From Octopus bimaculoides (Eukaryota): a stretch of DNA of 64,000 bases. This document shows positions 1 to 12,985 of the stretch, piece after piece. The translations under genes and the position numbers were made by a program. The notes beneath the pieces were generated by a model. That model worked only from the letters and a program-made list of their open reading frames with translations. It made no database searches and was not told where the DNA came from. Every line of letters starts with the position of its first letter. Position 1 is the first letter of the stretch. The stretch covers positions 141,460,395 to 141,524,394 of the forward strand of contig NC_068984.1 of the NCBI RefSeq assembly GCF_001194135.2, written 5' to 3'.

Positions 1-1695
1 GGGGTGAGGATGTTGCCTGTGTGCATGTTTGTATGTCTGTCAAGCCCTCCCTCTCTTTCATTGCTACTGCAAAATGTACATACACACACACGCGCGCGCG
101 CGCATACACATGCATGCACACGTACACACATGTGCATACACGTGNNNNNNNNNNNNNNNNNNNNNNNNNNNNNNNNNNNNNNNNNNNNNNNNNNNNNNNN
201 NNNNNNNNNNNNNNNNNNNNNNNNNNNNNNNNNNNNNNNNNNNNNNNNNNNNNNNNNNNNNNNNNNNNNNNNNNNNNNNNNNNNNNNNNNNNNNNNNNNN
301 NNNNNNNNNNNNNNNNNNNNNNNNNNNNNNNNNNNNNNNNNNNNNNNNNNNNCCTCTCTTTCATTGCTACTGCAAAATGTACATACACACACACGCGCGC
401 GCGCGCATACACATGCATGCACACGTACACACATGTGCATACACGTGCACACATATTCAAGCATATATTTATATATGCATATACATATGTATATATGCAT
501 GTATATATGTGTGCATATATGCATGTAAATGTGTGCATATATTTGCCTGTATATATGTGTATATATGCATATATATGTGTGTATGTATATATATATATAT
601 ATATATATATAGATGCATATATTTGTATAATAAATATGTATACGCATGCACACACACACACACACACGCACACCCTTATATATTAGCAACTATACTACCT
701 TTGTCAAATATTACATGGTAAATCTTAAACTTGCATCCATTTCTCTGAGACTATTTCTGCCTCCATTTTCTCTTCTCTACACAAACACTTCTCCCCTCTC
801 TCTCCCCATACACCTCCCTTTATATTCATTGTGTGTGTGTGTGTGTGTGTGTTTCACTCTGATGATTAACTTATGGTACAATCTAGAGACACACTTTTGT
901 CTCTCTGTGCTCCCCCCACTGCAACATACATTTTACATGTGCCTTCACACAGACTCACACATGCCTGTGCAAGCACACACACACACACACACCTCTGTAC
1001 ATACACAGGACTATATTTTTATATCATTTCTCTCCTAACCTGTCTTATTGCCATTCACTATCCCTCCTCCTCTTCCTCTCTTCTTCCCACCCTGATTCCA
1101 CCCCTATGTATTATCAGCTACCTTACTAGGATGCTATCATTATATATATATACATATTTATATATGTGTGTGTGTGCTCATTCTGAATTATCTTATTTTT
1201 AAAGATTTTTTTTCTTATTTGAAACTGTGATTTCAATCTAACCTGCTTTTATTTTTCATTTTGTTTCTAGTTGAAGATGACTGATACCCCACCCCGCTGC
1301 CAAAATGACCCCCTCTTCTCCCTATTATGAAATATAACAGTTTTTCTAATATGTGTGTGTGTGCGCGTTGTGTTAGTCACAGAAATGGATTTTGGTTGCA
1401 AATCTTACTAAAACCTAAAGTCTTTTACTAAAGTGTTATGGAATTCAAATATATACTCTGTGTGTGTGTGTGTTTGTTTGAGGTTGTTAATATATATGTA
1501 TGCACACACACTCCCATGTCTGTGTATGTATGTGTGCTGTATGTGTTTTGTATATTATACATGCACACACTGGAAGCCACTTATTGTGATCATTTTCTGG
1601 ATGGAGCCTTTTAGATAACAATAACTGCTTGATAACATTGTTCAGGGTTACGATAAGTGGATTCCTCCTCCTCTCTCTCTCTTTCTCTATGTATG

Positions 1696-1738
<43 letters not shown>

Positions 1739-2253
1739 AATCCTATTTTTATTCTTTATGTTTATTGTTTTTAGCTTTTGTAATTTTTGAAATGAGAATG
1801 TTTCCCACTCTTTTCAGTTTTCTCACTTCTCTTTCATACACAAGCACATACGTCCCATACACACACACACACACACACACACACGTATCTATATGCACAA
1901 ACACACTACGCAACCACTTCCTTTGAGGCCCACATACAACAGACACTATGGCCATTCCATTTCTCTGATATTGTTTCTCATTAACTAAAGATTATAACTC
2001 CACCTGCTAATTCTTATAGAATCTATTTGCCTAGGGCAAAGGGCAAACTATGTCTTGAGGTTTAAAATTAATTAATTATTAGCTTAATGATGTATAATCA
2101 TTAGTATATCGGTAGTATAGAACTGGTGATTATATCAGTGATAAATTTGTTGTAAATAATATTACTAGGTAATACGGTTCTATATCTAAGAGATGAGGAA
2201 TTATGTACATTATTTGCATTTGACAGATATTTGTCCTCATCTTGTTTGTTGTT

Positions 2254-2299
2254 AACACAACATTTCGGCTGATATAGCCTCCAGCCTTCATCAGGTGTG
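2254..2299 (-). ncRNA. Second copy of the minimal hammerhead motif (antisense to the gene)
   Basis: Reverse complement reads cacac-CTGATGA-a-ggctg(gaggctatat)cagcc-GAAAT-GTT-gtgtt. Confidence 0.5.
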
Positions 2300-2552
2300 T
2301 TGGGGAAATTTCAAACCTGGGTTTTCATTCCTAAGGTATTTTTCGATGTTTTTATTATCATTATTCAGCTTACTGCCTGGAATTGAACTGAGAATCTTGG
2401 GGTTAATAGCCCGCACTCTTAACCACTACACCCATAGTGGTTAAGAGTGCGGGCTACTAACCCCAAGATTCCGAGTTTGATTCCAGGCAGTAACCTGAAT
2501 AATAATAATAATGATAACATTGAACGAGAACCCAGGTTCGAAATTTCCCCAA

Positions 2553-2598
2553 GACACCTGATGAAGGCTGGAGGGTATATCAGCCGAAACGTTATGTT
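2553..2598 (+). ncRNA. Minimal type I hammerhead ribozyme motif (Penelope-like architecture) inside a tRNA-headed repeat
   Basis: gacac-CTGATGA-a-ggctg(gagggtatat)cagcc-GAAAC-GTT-atgtt: intact core boxes, 5-bp stem II, loopless stem III, stem I with one mismatch. Confidence 0.6.
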
Positions 2599-3545
2599 AA
2601 CAACAAACAGGATGAGGACAAATATCCGTCAAATGTAAATAATGTAAATATTACTAGGGTCCAGAGTCTTGAATTGTTTTTCTTTTCTCACATCTAAAAT
2701 TGGCCATTGAGTTCCTGAATAAAATTGGTAGGTGGGGTGGCCAGGAAGGAATTTATACATACATGTGTGATCACATGACTGACCAAACTTTCAGATGTTG
2801 TCACACATTGCTTGTCACAGTGTGCTTTGCATTGTTTTCACCTTCAAATGACACCATCCTTCTGGCCATGCAAGCTGGCCAACATGCTCCACTAATCGAA
2901 ATGGGGGCTGGAACACCAAGAAATGAAGTGTTTTGTTCAAGAATGCAGCGCTGCCTGGCCTAGGAACTGAACCCTCAATCTAGCAACCATGAATACAACA
3001 GCCTAACCACTAGGCCATGCACCTTCACATACATATGTATTTATGTATTAATTAAATATATATAAATCACTTTTTAAAATTCTCTCTACAGATTTTCTAT
3101 AGAAATTAGAGCCAGTACTGAAAGTTACACTATTTCATACACAAATATGTCTATGTAAACAATGTGACCAAGGATAGTAAAATAGGTAAAGGGTGTACAT
3201 ACATATTTCAAGTGTTATTGCTCTTTCTTCAGTGCCACATCTAACCCATTAACTATTTGCAAACACATTGCTTAACTAACCACTAAATTTAGCAGTCTAA
3301 CACAATTGGATCTACCAATTTTACATATTAAGCACATTCCTAGCAATTAGTACATACATATTAATTACTGATAGTGACACCATATGTACTAGCAGCAATT
3401 AATATGTAAATAAATGTTTGTGTGTATGTCTATGCACACACATAAAGACCCAGAGGCCCTTTTATATGTAGTGTACCTTATGAATTGAATTGTGTTTCAC
3501 GAATTTGCATTTTGTTGCTTAACGAACTTTTTTTGAAACTTGCAG

Positions 3546-3716
3546 CAACAGAAAATACGGCTTAGGAACACGTGCTGTGAAAGATGAGAAGAAGACTACA
3601 ATCACCACAACAACCTCATCAACTAGTCAATACCGAAGAATTGGATCTGCAGAACCAAGCAAAATCAAAAAACAGACCTCAGACTCGGCATCAGCTTCGA
3701 ATCATCTTCAGAAAAA
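3546..3716 (+). CDS. LRCH: Internal coding exon of LRCH-like gene (low-complexity linker; NRKYGLGTRAVKDEKK...SASNHLQK), phase 2-2
   Basis: T-tract/ttgcag acceptor at 3545, open frame, donor aa|gtaaat at 3717. The phase-2 end joins the phase-2 start of the 6182 exon (AA+C = Asn). No family motif in this exon; assigned by chain continuity. Confidence 0.7.
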
Positions 3717-4867
3717 GTAAATGCATTGGCAGCATATTTAGAAATGGTGGAGATGTGTGAGGCGGAGTGGTGGTGTAGGATATGAATGAATAGTGTATGG
3801 TGGCAATGACATGGGATACCCACAATCACCACCACCACCACCACCACCACCACCATCATAATGTGTGTATATGTATGTCATCATCATCATCATCCAGTGT
3901 TTTAAATCCGGGTTTTGTCCCTGTTAATGAGGGTTGCCGGATCTACTTCAATGCCATAGCAACTGAAGTAGGCAGGTAGGCTCACCCCAACCTTTGGGCT
4001 GGCTGGTGCCCATTCCCCTTTGCTATCATGAGGCTTTTTTGGAGCTGGATTTTCTACAGGGAGCATGCCCTTGCTTACCCCCAACCTCAGTTTCTAGACA
4101 TGAGTGATCCTGAGACGAAGGCCTCTACCATGATTTTTAAGAAATATGGTGGGAAACTAGCTTAGGAAGGCAGGGACGCTACTCCCTGAGATCCCTTTTG
4201 GAGACCCCCCCACTACCTATATATGTATGTTTGTGTGTGTATGTATATATATATATATATGTATCTGTGTATACAATGGAAGAAGTGATCAAGACAATAG
4301 AACAGTATTTCCACTCACTACTCTGCAGTATCAAATTATTCCATCCTTAGTTCTTTCTCCGGTTAGCATTGTATTTCATCCTGCTCTTGGTCATTATACT
4401 AATTATGCAGAGACATTGGTCCAATTTTTGTCAGATTCTGTGAAACTAACCAACCTGTTCTAGAATGGCAGTTAGACACTAAAAGGTGATCACACACAAA
4501 CACACACGATCAGATAGTGTGATGTACATCTCTTCCTCTCATTACTTTAGAAAAGTTTTTGTGTTTAATTAAGAAATCATTACATAATTAGATAATCGCT
4601 TAAGTAATTTTATACGGAGTAATATTAGATGAGCTGTTATCTCTATTGGCAACACAGACCAATGAAATCTTCTCCATGTGGTTGCATGACATGCTAAAAA
4701 TAGTAGCCAAATCTCCATGTCACATTCAACCATCTTGAAATACTTGATTGCATAGTATTAGATATTTTGTCTGACACGAAGGTGAGATAGTCATGGCTGG
4801 AACCCCTTTGTTCATAGGTTCTCTTGAGCAGGGATCAGCTGGAGTGAACAGATATATTATAGGCATT

Positions 4868-5076
4868 TTAACCCATTCACATTATTCCGTCAAAAGTAAT
4901 ATTTATTTATTCACTTTTTGAATTAATCATGCACCATCTTGCGGCTTTGAGATTCTGATGAAGTGACTAATAAATTTTGGAATGGTATTGTAGGGTTGGT
5001 GTGAGACGCCAAATCGGGACAGTGTGACCATAAAGCAGGTAGAATATTTTGGCCAGTTTAAATGCTAAAGGGTTAA
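4868..5076. mobile_element. Possible piggyBac-like MITE remnant
   Basis: Ends ttaacccattcacatt ... aatgctaaagggttaa form imperfect TIRs bounded by TTAA. Confidence 0.4.
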
Positions 5077-5581
5077 TTATTTCGTAAAATATATGTATAC
5101 TTGTCTGTCCACCTGACCAGTGGAAACGAAAACAGTGTGAAGTGCATTGTGGCAAGTGATGTATAACATCTGAATGTCTGGTTGATGCCATGATGTATGT
5201 GTGCGCGCACGTGCATGTGTGTATGCTTGTGTGTGTGTATAGTAGTATGCAAGACAACCAAAGAGCTTGTACATAATCTTTTGATCTTGTAGGAATAGTA
5301 ATTGTACCATCTTTTAAAAAAGAGGACACATTGGTTAATGTAGAAAAGCAGAGAAAAAAAAGGGAAAATAATATGGTTATCCAGAACATGTTTAATGCCA
5401 GTTGAGATCTGACCCAGTGGACTTATGGTCAAACAGCAACAATATAATATCATTCTTTTCCCAATCAGAAGAATTATACCACATGAAGTATGTTGATAGG
5501 AGTGTGACAGTGACATGCCCATCTAACCCCTGCTAGCATGGAAAAATGAATGTGAATCTAACAAATGAGTATGAAAAGATG

Positions 5582-5612
<31 letters not shown>

Positions 5613-5628
5613 CATACATACATACATA

Positions 5629-5755
5629 CAGGGTGTCCACAAAGTCTGGGTACATGGGGATTAACACATACTTTAAGAAATTATTATTTCTTATATTTAA
5701 TTGTTTATGTTATGATTTTATTTACTCCATGTACCCAGACCTTGTGGACACCCTG
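5629..5755. mobile_element. Tc1/mariner-type MITE (127 bp)
   Basis: 29-bp TIRs cagggtgtccacaaagtctgggtacatgg with one mismatch; TA on both sides. Confidence 0.85.
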
Positions 5756-6181
5756 TATAATGTGTGTGTGTGTGTTTGGTTGGTGTTAGGAAGGGCATCC
5801 AGCCATAAAAGCCATGCCAAAACAGACACAGAAGCCTGGTGCAGGCTCCAGCCTGGTCAGCTCCTGTCAAACCATCCCACCCATGCCAGCATAGAAGGAG
5901 CACGTTAAACAATGATGATGATGATGATTGATATAGGGATTGTTTGAAGTCGTCTACAGATTAAGAAAGACGAGGTAGAATTTTGGATTACTATGAATAA
6001 TTCTCCAAAATTCTGACTTCCTTATTTTTCTTAGCACATATATTTAAGTTTGACACAGGAAGTCAGTCATATGAATGGTATTGTATTTGTAATTAGAGTT
6101 GTGTACTCTAGGTTTAAATGTGACTCCATCTGTGTGTGCGTACAACTCCTTAAAAGAAATCTGTTATGTTCCTTTCTCCAG

Positions 6182-6488
6182 CGGTGTTCCGGATGAAAAT
6201 ATGAACCCGTCTCCTGCTTCGTCAAACGCTCCCAGTCGCAGTTCTTCAACCAGTTCGATACACAGCAGCACCAATGACAAAACAGTTAGCAAAACGCTGT
6301 CTGGCAGCCGTCTACGGTTAGACAAGAGTGCAACCTCTACGTCTTCAGCTTCTTCAAATGTCGTCCGCCGTACGAAACCAGGAGAGAAGTCGGGCAGCAG
6401 CCAGGTGTCGAGCACCAATTCCAAAATTGCTGTGACGACTTCAAGTCGGTTACATATGTCAGGAACCAAATCAAACCATGTAACGCCG
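6182..6488 (+). CDS. LRCH: Internal Ser/Thr-rich coding exon (GVPDENMNPSPASS...SNHVTP), phase 2-0
   Basis: cctttctccag acceptor, 102 open codons, donor CCG|gttagt. GC/CpG-richer than flanks. Phases match both neighbours. Confidence 0.8.
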
Positions 6489-6892
6489 GTTAGTATTATC
6501 AACTGACCGCCAGATGGTCACCAGTTCTGGTTGTTGACATTTAAGTGGCATTATTGTTATTGTTATTGTTTTGTTTGTTTGTTGTTATTGGGACTTTCAG
6601 ATCTTGATTGTGGTTAAATTCTATTTTCTTCAGCCACTAATTCATTCTTAACTTAATTAATCACTTGTTTAAACTTAATTAATTTGTGTTAAACTTTCAT
6701 CTTTTCTTCTATTCTCTTCTCTTATTTTGTTTCTTTTTTTTTTTTTTTGGTTTATTTCTTCACTGTCAAAAGAAGAATGTTATGAAATATTTATTTATTT
6801 ATTTATATTGTTTAATCTGTCCATCGTCTTTCTTCCTACTATCTGGTCTCTTTTGTATTTCATTTCCTGATGTTGAGGTTATTTAAACAAGT

Positions 6893-6923
<31 letters not shown>

Positions 6924-9906
6924 GTTTGTGTGTATGTCTGTGAATGTGCATCATTACAACATTTTAGTTTTTCTGCTTCAACATTTCCAATACTCATTGG
7001 TTACAAGCTTTAAAGATCAATGCTGCAGTTGTTATTGATTACAAATATTGACTTCAGAACGCTACTGCAACAGAGCACATCGCTCTCCAAGTTCTCTCAC
7101 AAAAATGTTTCTATATTCTCTTCCTTATAAACATAGTGTTTGTTTCCAAACGGTATAATATTTCCGCTTGATGGTTCTGTGGTTTCGAGGTTTCATGTTC
7201 AATCTCAAAGTGTCTGCTATGATATCGTTAGGTCGTTGAGCACTTTTATGAGTGCAGTTTGGTAGATGGAAACTCTCTGGCAAGACTGTTCAAGGGATTG
7301 TGTTTGTTTTTGCGTGGTAGACCTAATTGGTTGTTTGGTGTAACATCACCACCTGGGTCATAAATACCTTTATTAGAGCCCACCCTGTTGTAAGTTCATT
7401 TGGGACAACTAACCTCTAAGCAAAACTACCCCAGCTGATAATTGTGTATCTACTCATGTAGCTTTACAGGTGTCTACAAAACGTTTAATTTACTACTTCC
7501 ATGCTGCAGAGCTGACTCGATAGTAGCGCTTTGATGCTACATGTCACATTCTGAATTACATGTGGCAGACTAGCTTCACTTCTCTCAGTCCCATGTGTTA
7601 CATAAACTAAAATATCCCCTTTTCTGTTGGGTACCTTGTCACACCATACCCCAGTTCCATGTAATACATTATCACAACTTACCTCTGTTCTCTGTGATAC
7701 ACTATTGTAACTTACTCCAGTTCTCTAGGGCTACTTATCCCTCACCGGTATTTGCCTTTCCACTGTTTGAAGGCTACCTGTTCTTGGTTTCGGTTCTCTC
7801 TAACGCTAACTCACCTCAGTTTTATCCCTCATTCTACAACTGTTCTTATTAGAGGGACATCACCTCTACATACATTGACACTGTCTCGCATACAAAAGGA
7901 TCTCATCTATGTAAAACAGTGAATTGAAATATTTCAGAGATTATCTACGCAATTAATATACAAAATTCCCCCTCTGGGGATGGTCAGAATTCTAAAACAG
8001 TCATGTGGGGCTTTCTCAATGGCATGCCAATGTAAAATTATGTTAAAGTGTTTCCTTGGTGGAGCCTGACTGATGATGAGTCGTGTCTCATGTGGTTTGT
8101 TTCTTGGAACAAAAAAGAAAATGTTACCTCTGCCAAGGGAGATAATTCGGTAATGTTAGATAATCAAAATGATTGGAAAATAATGACTCAAAGCAGATAG
8201 TAGTGGATCTTGCCTTTAAATCCAACTATGAAAGTAACAAACATGTTTCAGCTTTATTAAAACTCTTCAGTGAAATATATTCAACTCAGTTTGCAAAACT
8301 TAGAAGTGATCAGTATTACAGAAGTAGAAAGAGCCATTATTAATGAATATTACTAGAAATATCCACTTGGCCAAACTTCTATAATCCATAATCACCTGAA
8401 AACCCTCTGATTCTGTTTTTATGGTTTGCTTTGGTTTTTGAGGTACTCCGAGTGAAGCTAGAGTCACCAACTATTATATGCGAGAGCAGTAATTCAGTGA
8501 TCTACCGTTAAATTGTATAGGAAAGGAGTTTACCTAAAACCTTGCTCTAGCAGATTCACACTAAAAGTATTTAGATACCATTGCATACTGTACACACACA
8601 CACACACATAAAGATAGATAGATAGATACAAGCACCTTACAACCATGAAGAATTGATACTGAGGATGTGCGGAGGTGTTGATTTTCAGGTCAGAAGTCTT
8701 TGTCGGCGTGGAAGTAGTCAACAGCTTTAACATACTTGTCTCCTTGTCTGTCTGTCTGTCCCGTTTGTGTGTCTCCACTCCATCAATACATTAACAGCAG
8801 TATAAAACACAGCATCAGCTGCTGCAAGGAACCATACTTAATCTCTGTGTTAGTGGTGTGTCCTGCAGAATGGTTACAATTCTCAGCAGATGATTTTACA
8901 GTTAATTTGAAAGTTTATTTAAATCGAAACCATTACTTGGCCTGTGAATTGTCTCAATTAGTAGAGTCTTGTGGTATACAATTTCAACTCCTTATATTTT
9001 GATTTCATATCTTACCAAAGTCGGCTTTGCTTTTTGTTATTCTAGAGTTGATGAAATAATTTCCAGTCAAGATATGGGCTTGATTTTAAATCAACCAAAC
9101 ACTTCCCCAAAGTTTGAAGTCTTGAAAACCAGTCTCCAACTTCACTGTCCTATTTCTCGCACTTTAAAAAATTTAAGGTTTTATATCTCTATGCAGAATT
9201 TAGAAACGCCTACCCTGAACTTATGTCTACACCTACCCACATCTACCCCTGACTGACCTGTTTTGTCCCTGACCCGAACATGTTCTTCCCTCAGACCTAC
9301 ATGTCATAACCAGCTTACATTTTGCCTCACTGACCTACGTGTACCACTGTGCTCAGCATGTTCCCTAACCAGACTACATGTGCTATCACTGAACTACATA
9401 CAGTTTTACTTGACTCAAGTCCTGTCAACCTACAAATACTGAAACTGAGCCCCAGCCACCCCTTTCTCTGCAGTGTGATTGGGACTGGAAAGGTGTGCAA
9501 GGCTTGCCTCAACACCTTTGACTAGAACATTAAAAAAGAAAAAAAAAAAGACGTTGCTTTCTGGGATGCGAGTTCACAGTTCCAATGAAGGTTCGCATAA
9601 ATTTACATGTAATGTTTCTTTTAGAATAGTTTTCACATTGTGGTTTTGAACTTTTAAAAGCTTATACCACATGTAGAATTGCATTCATGTTGTTAGCAGT
9701 CTACCAGGCAGCTGTCTTACATGTGACCCTTTGTGACTCTCATCAAAGTCTCAAAAATATTCCATTCCTTGCATAATTTCTTGAGTGACCAAAGATCACA
9801 TTGTAAACAAAGTTAAACAGATAAGTTCTTGTTTGTGGTTGCCACCTCTAGACTGATCAAAAAGTTATATGGACAGGGAATAAAGATATAATGCTGTGGT
9901 GTAACA

Positions 9907-10214
9907 TGGAGGCACATGGCCTAATGGTTAGAGCAGCGGACTCGCAGTTGAGGAATCGTGGGTTTGAATCTCAGGCCTGGCGATGTGTGTGTGTTTATGA
10001 GCAAAACACCTAAGCCCCATGCGACTCTGGCAGAAGGTAATGGCAAACTTCTGCTGACTCTTTCGCCACAACTTTCTCTCATTCTGTCCTCCTGCATCTA
10101 GCAACTCACCTGTGATGGACTGGTGATCCGTCCAGGTAGGGAACCTATACGCCAATGAAACTGGGAAACCAGCCCGTATGAGCCAGTCGTGGCTCGAGAA
10201 GGAACAAGCAACAC
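9907..10214 (+). mobile_element. tRNA-derived SINE
   Basis: Head ggaggcacatggcctaatggttagagcagcggactcg...gggtttgaatctc with A/B-box-like motifs. Shares head and gcaaaacacctaa with the copy at 60651. Confidence 0.7.
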
Positions 10215-10980
10215 TGGTGTAACAGTAGTAAGGGAGGTAACTTTGTGATGATCATTATAACAAAATATGTTAAGTGTTGCACTTTACGAAAGTAATAGCC
10301 TTAATGATTATCAAAGTGTTATGAAATTCTTACAGCACCATATTATTAATAGAATGTGTTTACCTGTTATCTATGAAGGAGCAGTCTTAGTGAACATTGA
10401 CTGATAAAAACGAATGTTTACAGAAGTTCCACTTTTAGTCTTTACATTTTACATCCAGCTCCGACATTCAACTCTATTTTAGTTTCCTGTAGAATGCCGT
10501 GTTTTTTCCTCTCTCAGCAAAGGAACTTGTCCTTTAAATCTGTTTAATTGAGCCATAGTTTGTATTTGAAACCCCAAGATACCACTTGTGACTTTACATG
10601 TGCAAGTGTCCAATATCATTCCCTTCCATAGGATGTAGATGTATTCTAAGGCAGAGTGTTTCCAAGAAATAGTTTCTGATGGTGTTTTCTGTTAATGTAG
10701 GTCATAAATTCTTTGGTGTGGGTTCTAATTGTTTCCAGTCCAGTGAAGTGTATTAAGGAGCACGAAGAAAGTGGAACCACCTTTCCTTTTTCAACCTGCA
10801 TGTGTGTTGTTTACTCTTGTGTTTCTATGTTTTAACCCTTTAAATAATATTTTGGGTGTGTGTGTGTGTGAGTATGGAGATGGGACGGCATGCTTATGAA
10901 GAAATGTGCTGTGAATATTCATTTTGTCAGTTCTCCTCTACTAACCACCATCTGGCTGTTTTCACTAACCTTTTTCACAG

Positions 10981-11094
10981 GAAGAGGAGTTTAGACTAAA
11001 GCACGAAGCCTTGATGAATCAGCAGAAGCACGAGTCACAAATCTTGAAGCAACAACTCGAAGAGCAACGGACAAAAACTGCTTCAAAGGACTTG
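10981..11094 (+). CDS. LRCH: Coiled-coil-like exon EEEFRLKHEALMNQQKHESQILKQQLEEQRTKTASKDL, phase 0-0 (alternative in-frame donor after 11109)
   Basis: Branch point cactaac plus tttttcacag acceptor. Donors TTG|gtaggc (11095) or AAG|gtgtgt (11110). E/Q/K-rich helical sequence. Confidence 0.8.
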
Positions 11095-11794
11095 GTAGGC
11101 ATGACGAAGGTGTGTAAACTCGTGTGACAAACTGCTTCTTTCCCAGCACACAGCCATTCTTCTCTCAATTTTTTTTTCTTGCACCATTACCTGCCCTAGC
11201 TCTTTCTGAATCTGCTTTCGTCTGTCTTAGAGATATTCTTGTAGTTCAATTTGATTCTTATTCTCGTTGGTGAAATTACTTTATCTTGTTGTCTTCAGTT
11301 TCTCTTTCTTTTACTCACGCATGCTGTTGTTATTCTCTCTCACAATTCTGCATCATTTCTTTAAATAATTTGTATATTTCTGTTCAGTTTTTCAAAAAAG
11401 AATTCAGTGCTTTTTATTTTCTCTGTTTATTTCCACTAATTTTGTTGTGTTGTTGCTGTTGCTATTAAGTCATTCCAAATTTAAAGGTCTCTGATTTTTA
11501 AAAACAAACCTCAGATCTATCATGTCAACTATGACGTTTATCTCTTATGTGATCTTACTGCACACACTCACACTGCACTCCAATGCCATATTTGGCATTG
11601 TGGAAGTGCACTGCAGCCTTTTAACACCTTACTGTATCCATTGAAATGCCACAGTCTACCTGCACCCAGTGAGAATCACTGACAAGTTTTCATTTCTCTT
11701 ATTTTTAACCAATCTCAAGAAGTTCTGTTTGTCCTCAATTATCTATATAACTGTTGTGTGTATTGACCAAATCTCTCTTTCTTCGTCAACACAG

Positions 11795-11803
11795 GTAAGA
11801 CAT
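11795..11803 (+). CDS. Candidate 9-nt microexon (GTAAGACAT, VRH), or a zero-length recursive splice site
   Basis: Pyrimidine tract ctctctttcttcgtcaacacag, then gtaagacat|gtaagc. Phase 0-0 fits between the 10981 and 14535 exons. Confidence 0.35.
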
Positions 11804-12673
11804 GTAAGCATCTTTTATTTCCTGTCGTTCATTTCCATCAGTTTGTAGCTGAAAGCAAAGCAGGGTGGGGGAGTAAATTTCAATAAAAATTGCCAAAAAA
11901 GGGTGTGTGGGGGGATTCTTGTTTGTATATAGATTTTTTTATTCCACATATTTTGAGATTAAGGTAATCCAAATAATCTAATTATTAATATCTCTAATAT
12001 CATAATTACTGGTTTATGCAAGGTTTGTAGAAGACTACAAATATTTAATGTATCACCAGTTGTTCATAGTAAAGTATTGTGTCCTATAATAATAATAATA
12101 ATGTTCTGATATAGTACCAGGCAGTGGCTCTCATGTCTTCTGATCTTAGCTGATTGGTAGTGTTATCATGTTTTGTCTTAGTCTAAAAAATGGGTTACAG
12201 CAAATATTCTGATCAATACTGCAAATTTGCTTGTCAGTTGCTTGACCATAATCAGTTGAACATGTCTTTTAGTGGCTGATGATATGTGCAATTCTGACCA
12301 TGAGCAAGAGTAGTGGGGTAGCATCATAGCTATGTGTTGAGAGGAATTCTTTGGGGTCTGACTAATTCACCTCTGGAAACACAGGTGTTTTGTTCATCAT
12401 CCTTAAATAACTCTTGTTCAGGAGGGACCTATTGAATGGAATCAGCTACTTGACCTGCAGAAAATTCTGATCCCCACCTGTAAGGTCATGTCCTCTTTAT
12501 CTTGATACAAGGTCACCGTGTCGTGCACATGTGTGTGGTTGTGATCCATACGCCTCTTCTACCCTTATCAGACGGGTATGTTGATGGATATATTGGGCTT
12601 TGTATATTTGTACCCTAACATCACTTTGATGGCCTGTGCTACTCTCTCACTAATAATTATCATAATGATGATG

Positions 12674-12722
<49 letters not shown>

Positions 12723-12784
12723 TAGTGTAAGAGCAGAGGATCAGGTTGTATTTTGGCATTATTTGACACTTAATGTTGTTGTCC

Positions 12785-12985
12785 GTAATCGTCATCATCA
12801 TCCTAGCATGGGTTGGACGATTTGACTGGGGACTGGTGAACTGGATGGCAACACCAGGCTCCAATCTGATCTGGCAGAGTTTCTACAGCTGGATGCCCTT
12901 CCTAACACCAACCACTCCGAGACTGTAGTGGGTGCTTTTTATGTGCCACCGGCACGAGGGCCAGTCAGGCGGTACTAGCAACGGC
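12785..12985. mobile_element. Copy of abundant (CAT)n-flanked SINE-like family (ccatgctagcatgggttggacg...ggatgcccttcctaac); other copies near 5770-5930, 17200-17321, 19262-19450, 23880-24085, 34735-34890, 36775-36850, 38150-38260
   Basis: Same ~200-bp sequence recurs in both orientations across the window. Confidence 0.8.

Larger units (their letters stand above)
2165..2650. mobile_element. Head-to-head inverted pair of a tRNA-headed, hammerhead-carrying SINE-like element
   Basis: Arms about 2206-2428 and 2435-2646 are reverse complements around a 6-nt centre. Head has A-box-like tagtggttaag and B-box-like gagtttgattcc. Confidence 0.8.

Noticed and set aside
50-446. Direct ~93-bp duplication either side of the first N gap
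   Set aside because: Identical sequence flanking a scaffold gap; typical unmerged contig overlap.
4-1202. Long His/Thr/Tyr/Ile-rich ORFs, and all X-filled ORFs elsewhere in the track
   Set aside because: Translations of (CA)n/(TA)n microsatellites or N runs.
6164-6502. 112-aa minus-strand ORF
   Set aside because: Antisense shadow of the real Ser/Thr-rich exon; no independent splice or homology support.
9907-9980. Genuine tRNA genes at SINE heads (also near 51225, 54800, 55965, 60651)
   Set aside because: Acceptor stems and cloverleaves are incomplete and run into repeat bodies; these are SINE heads.
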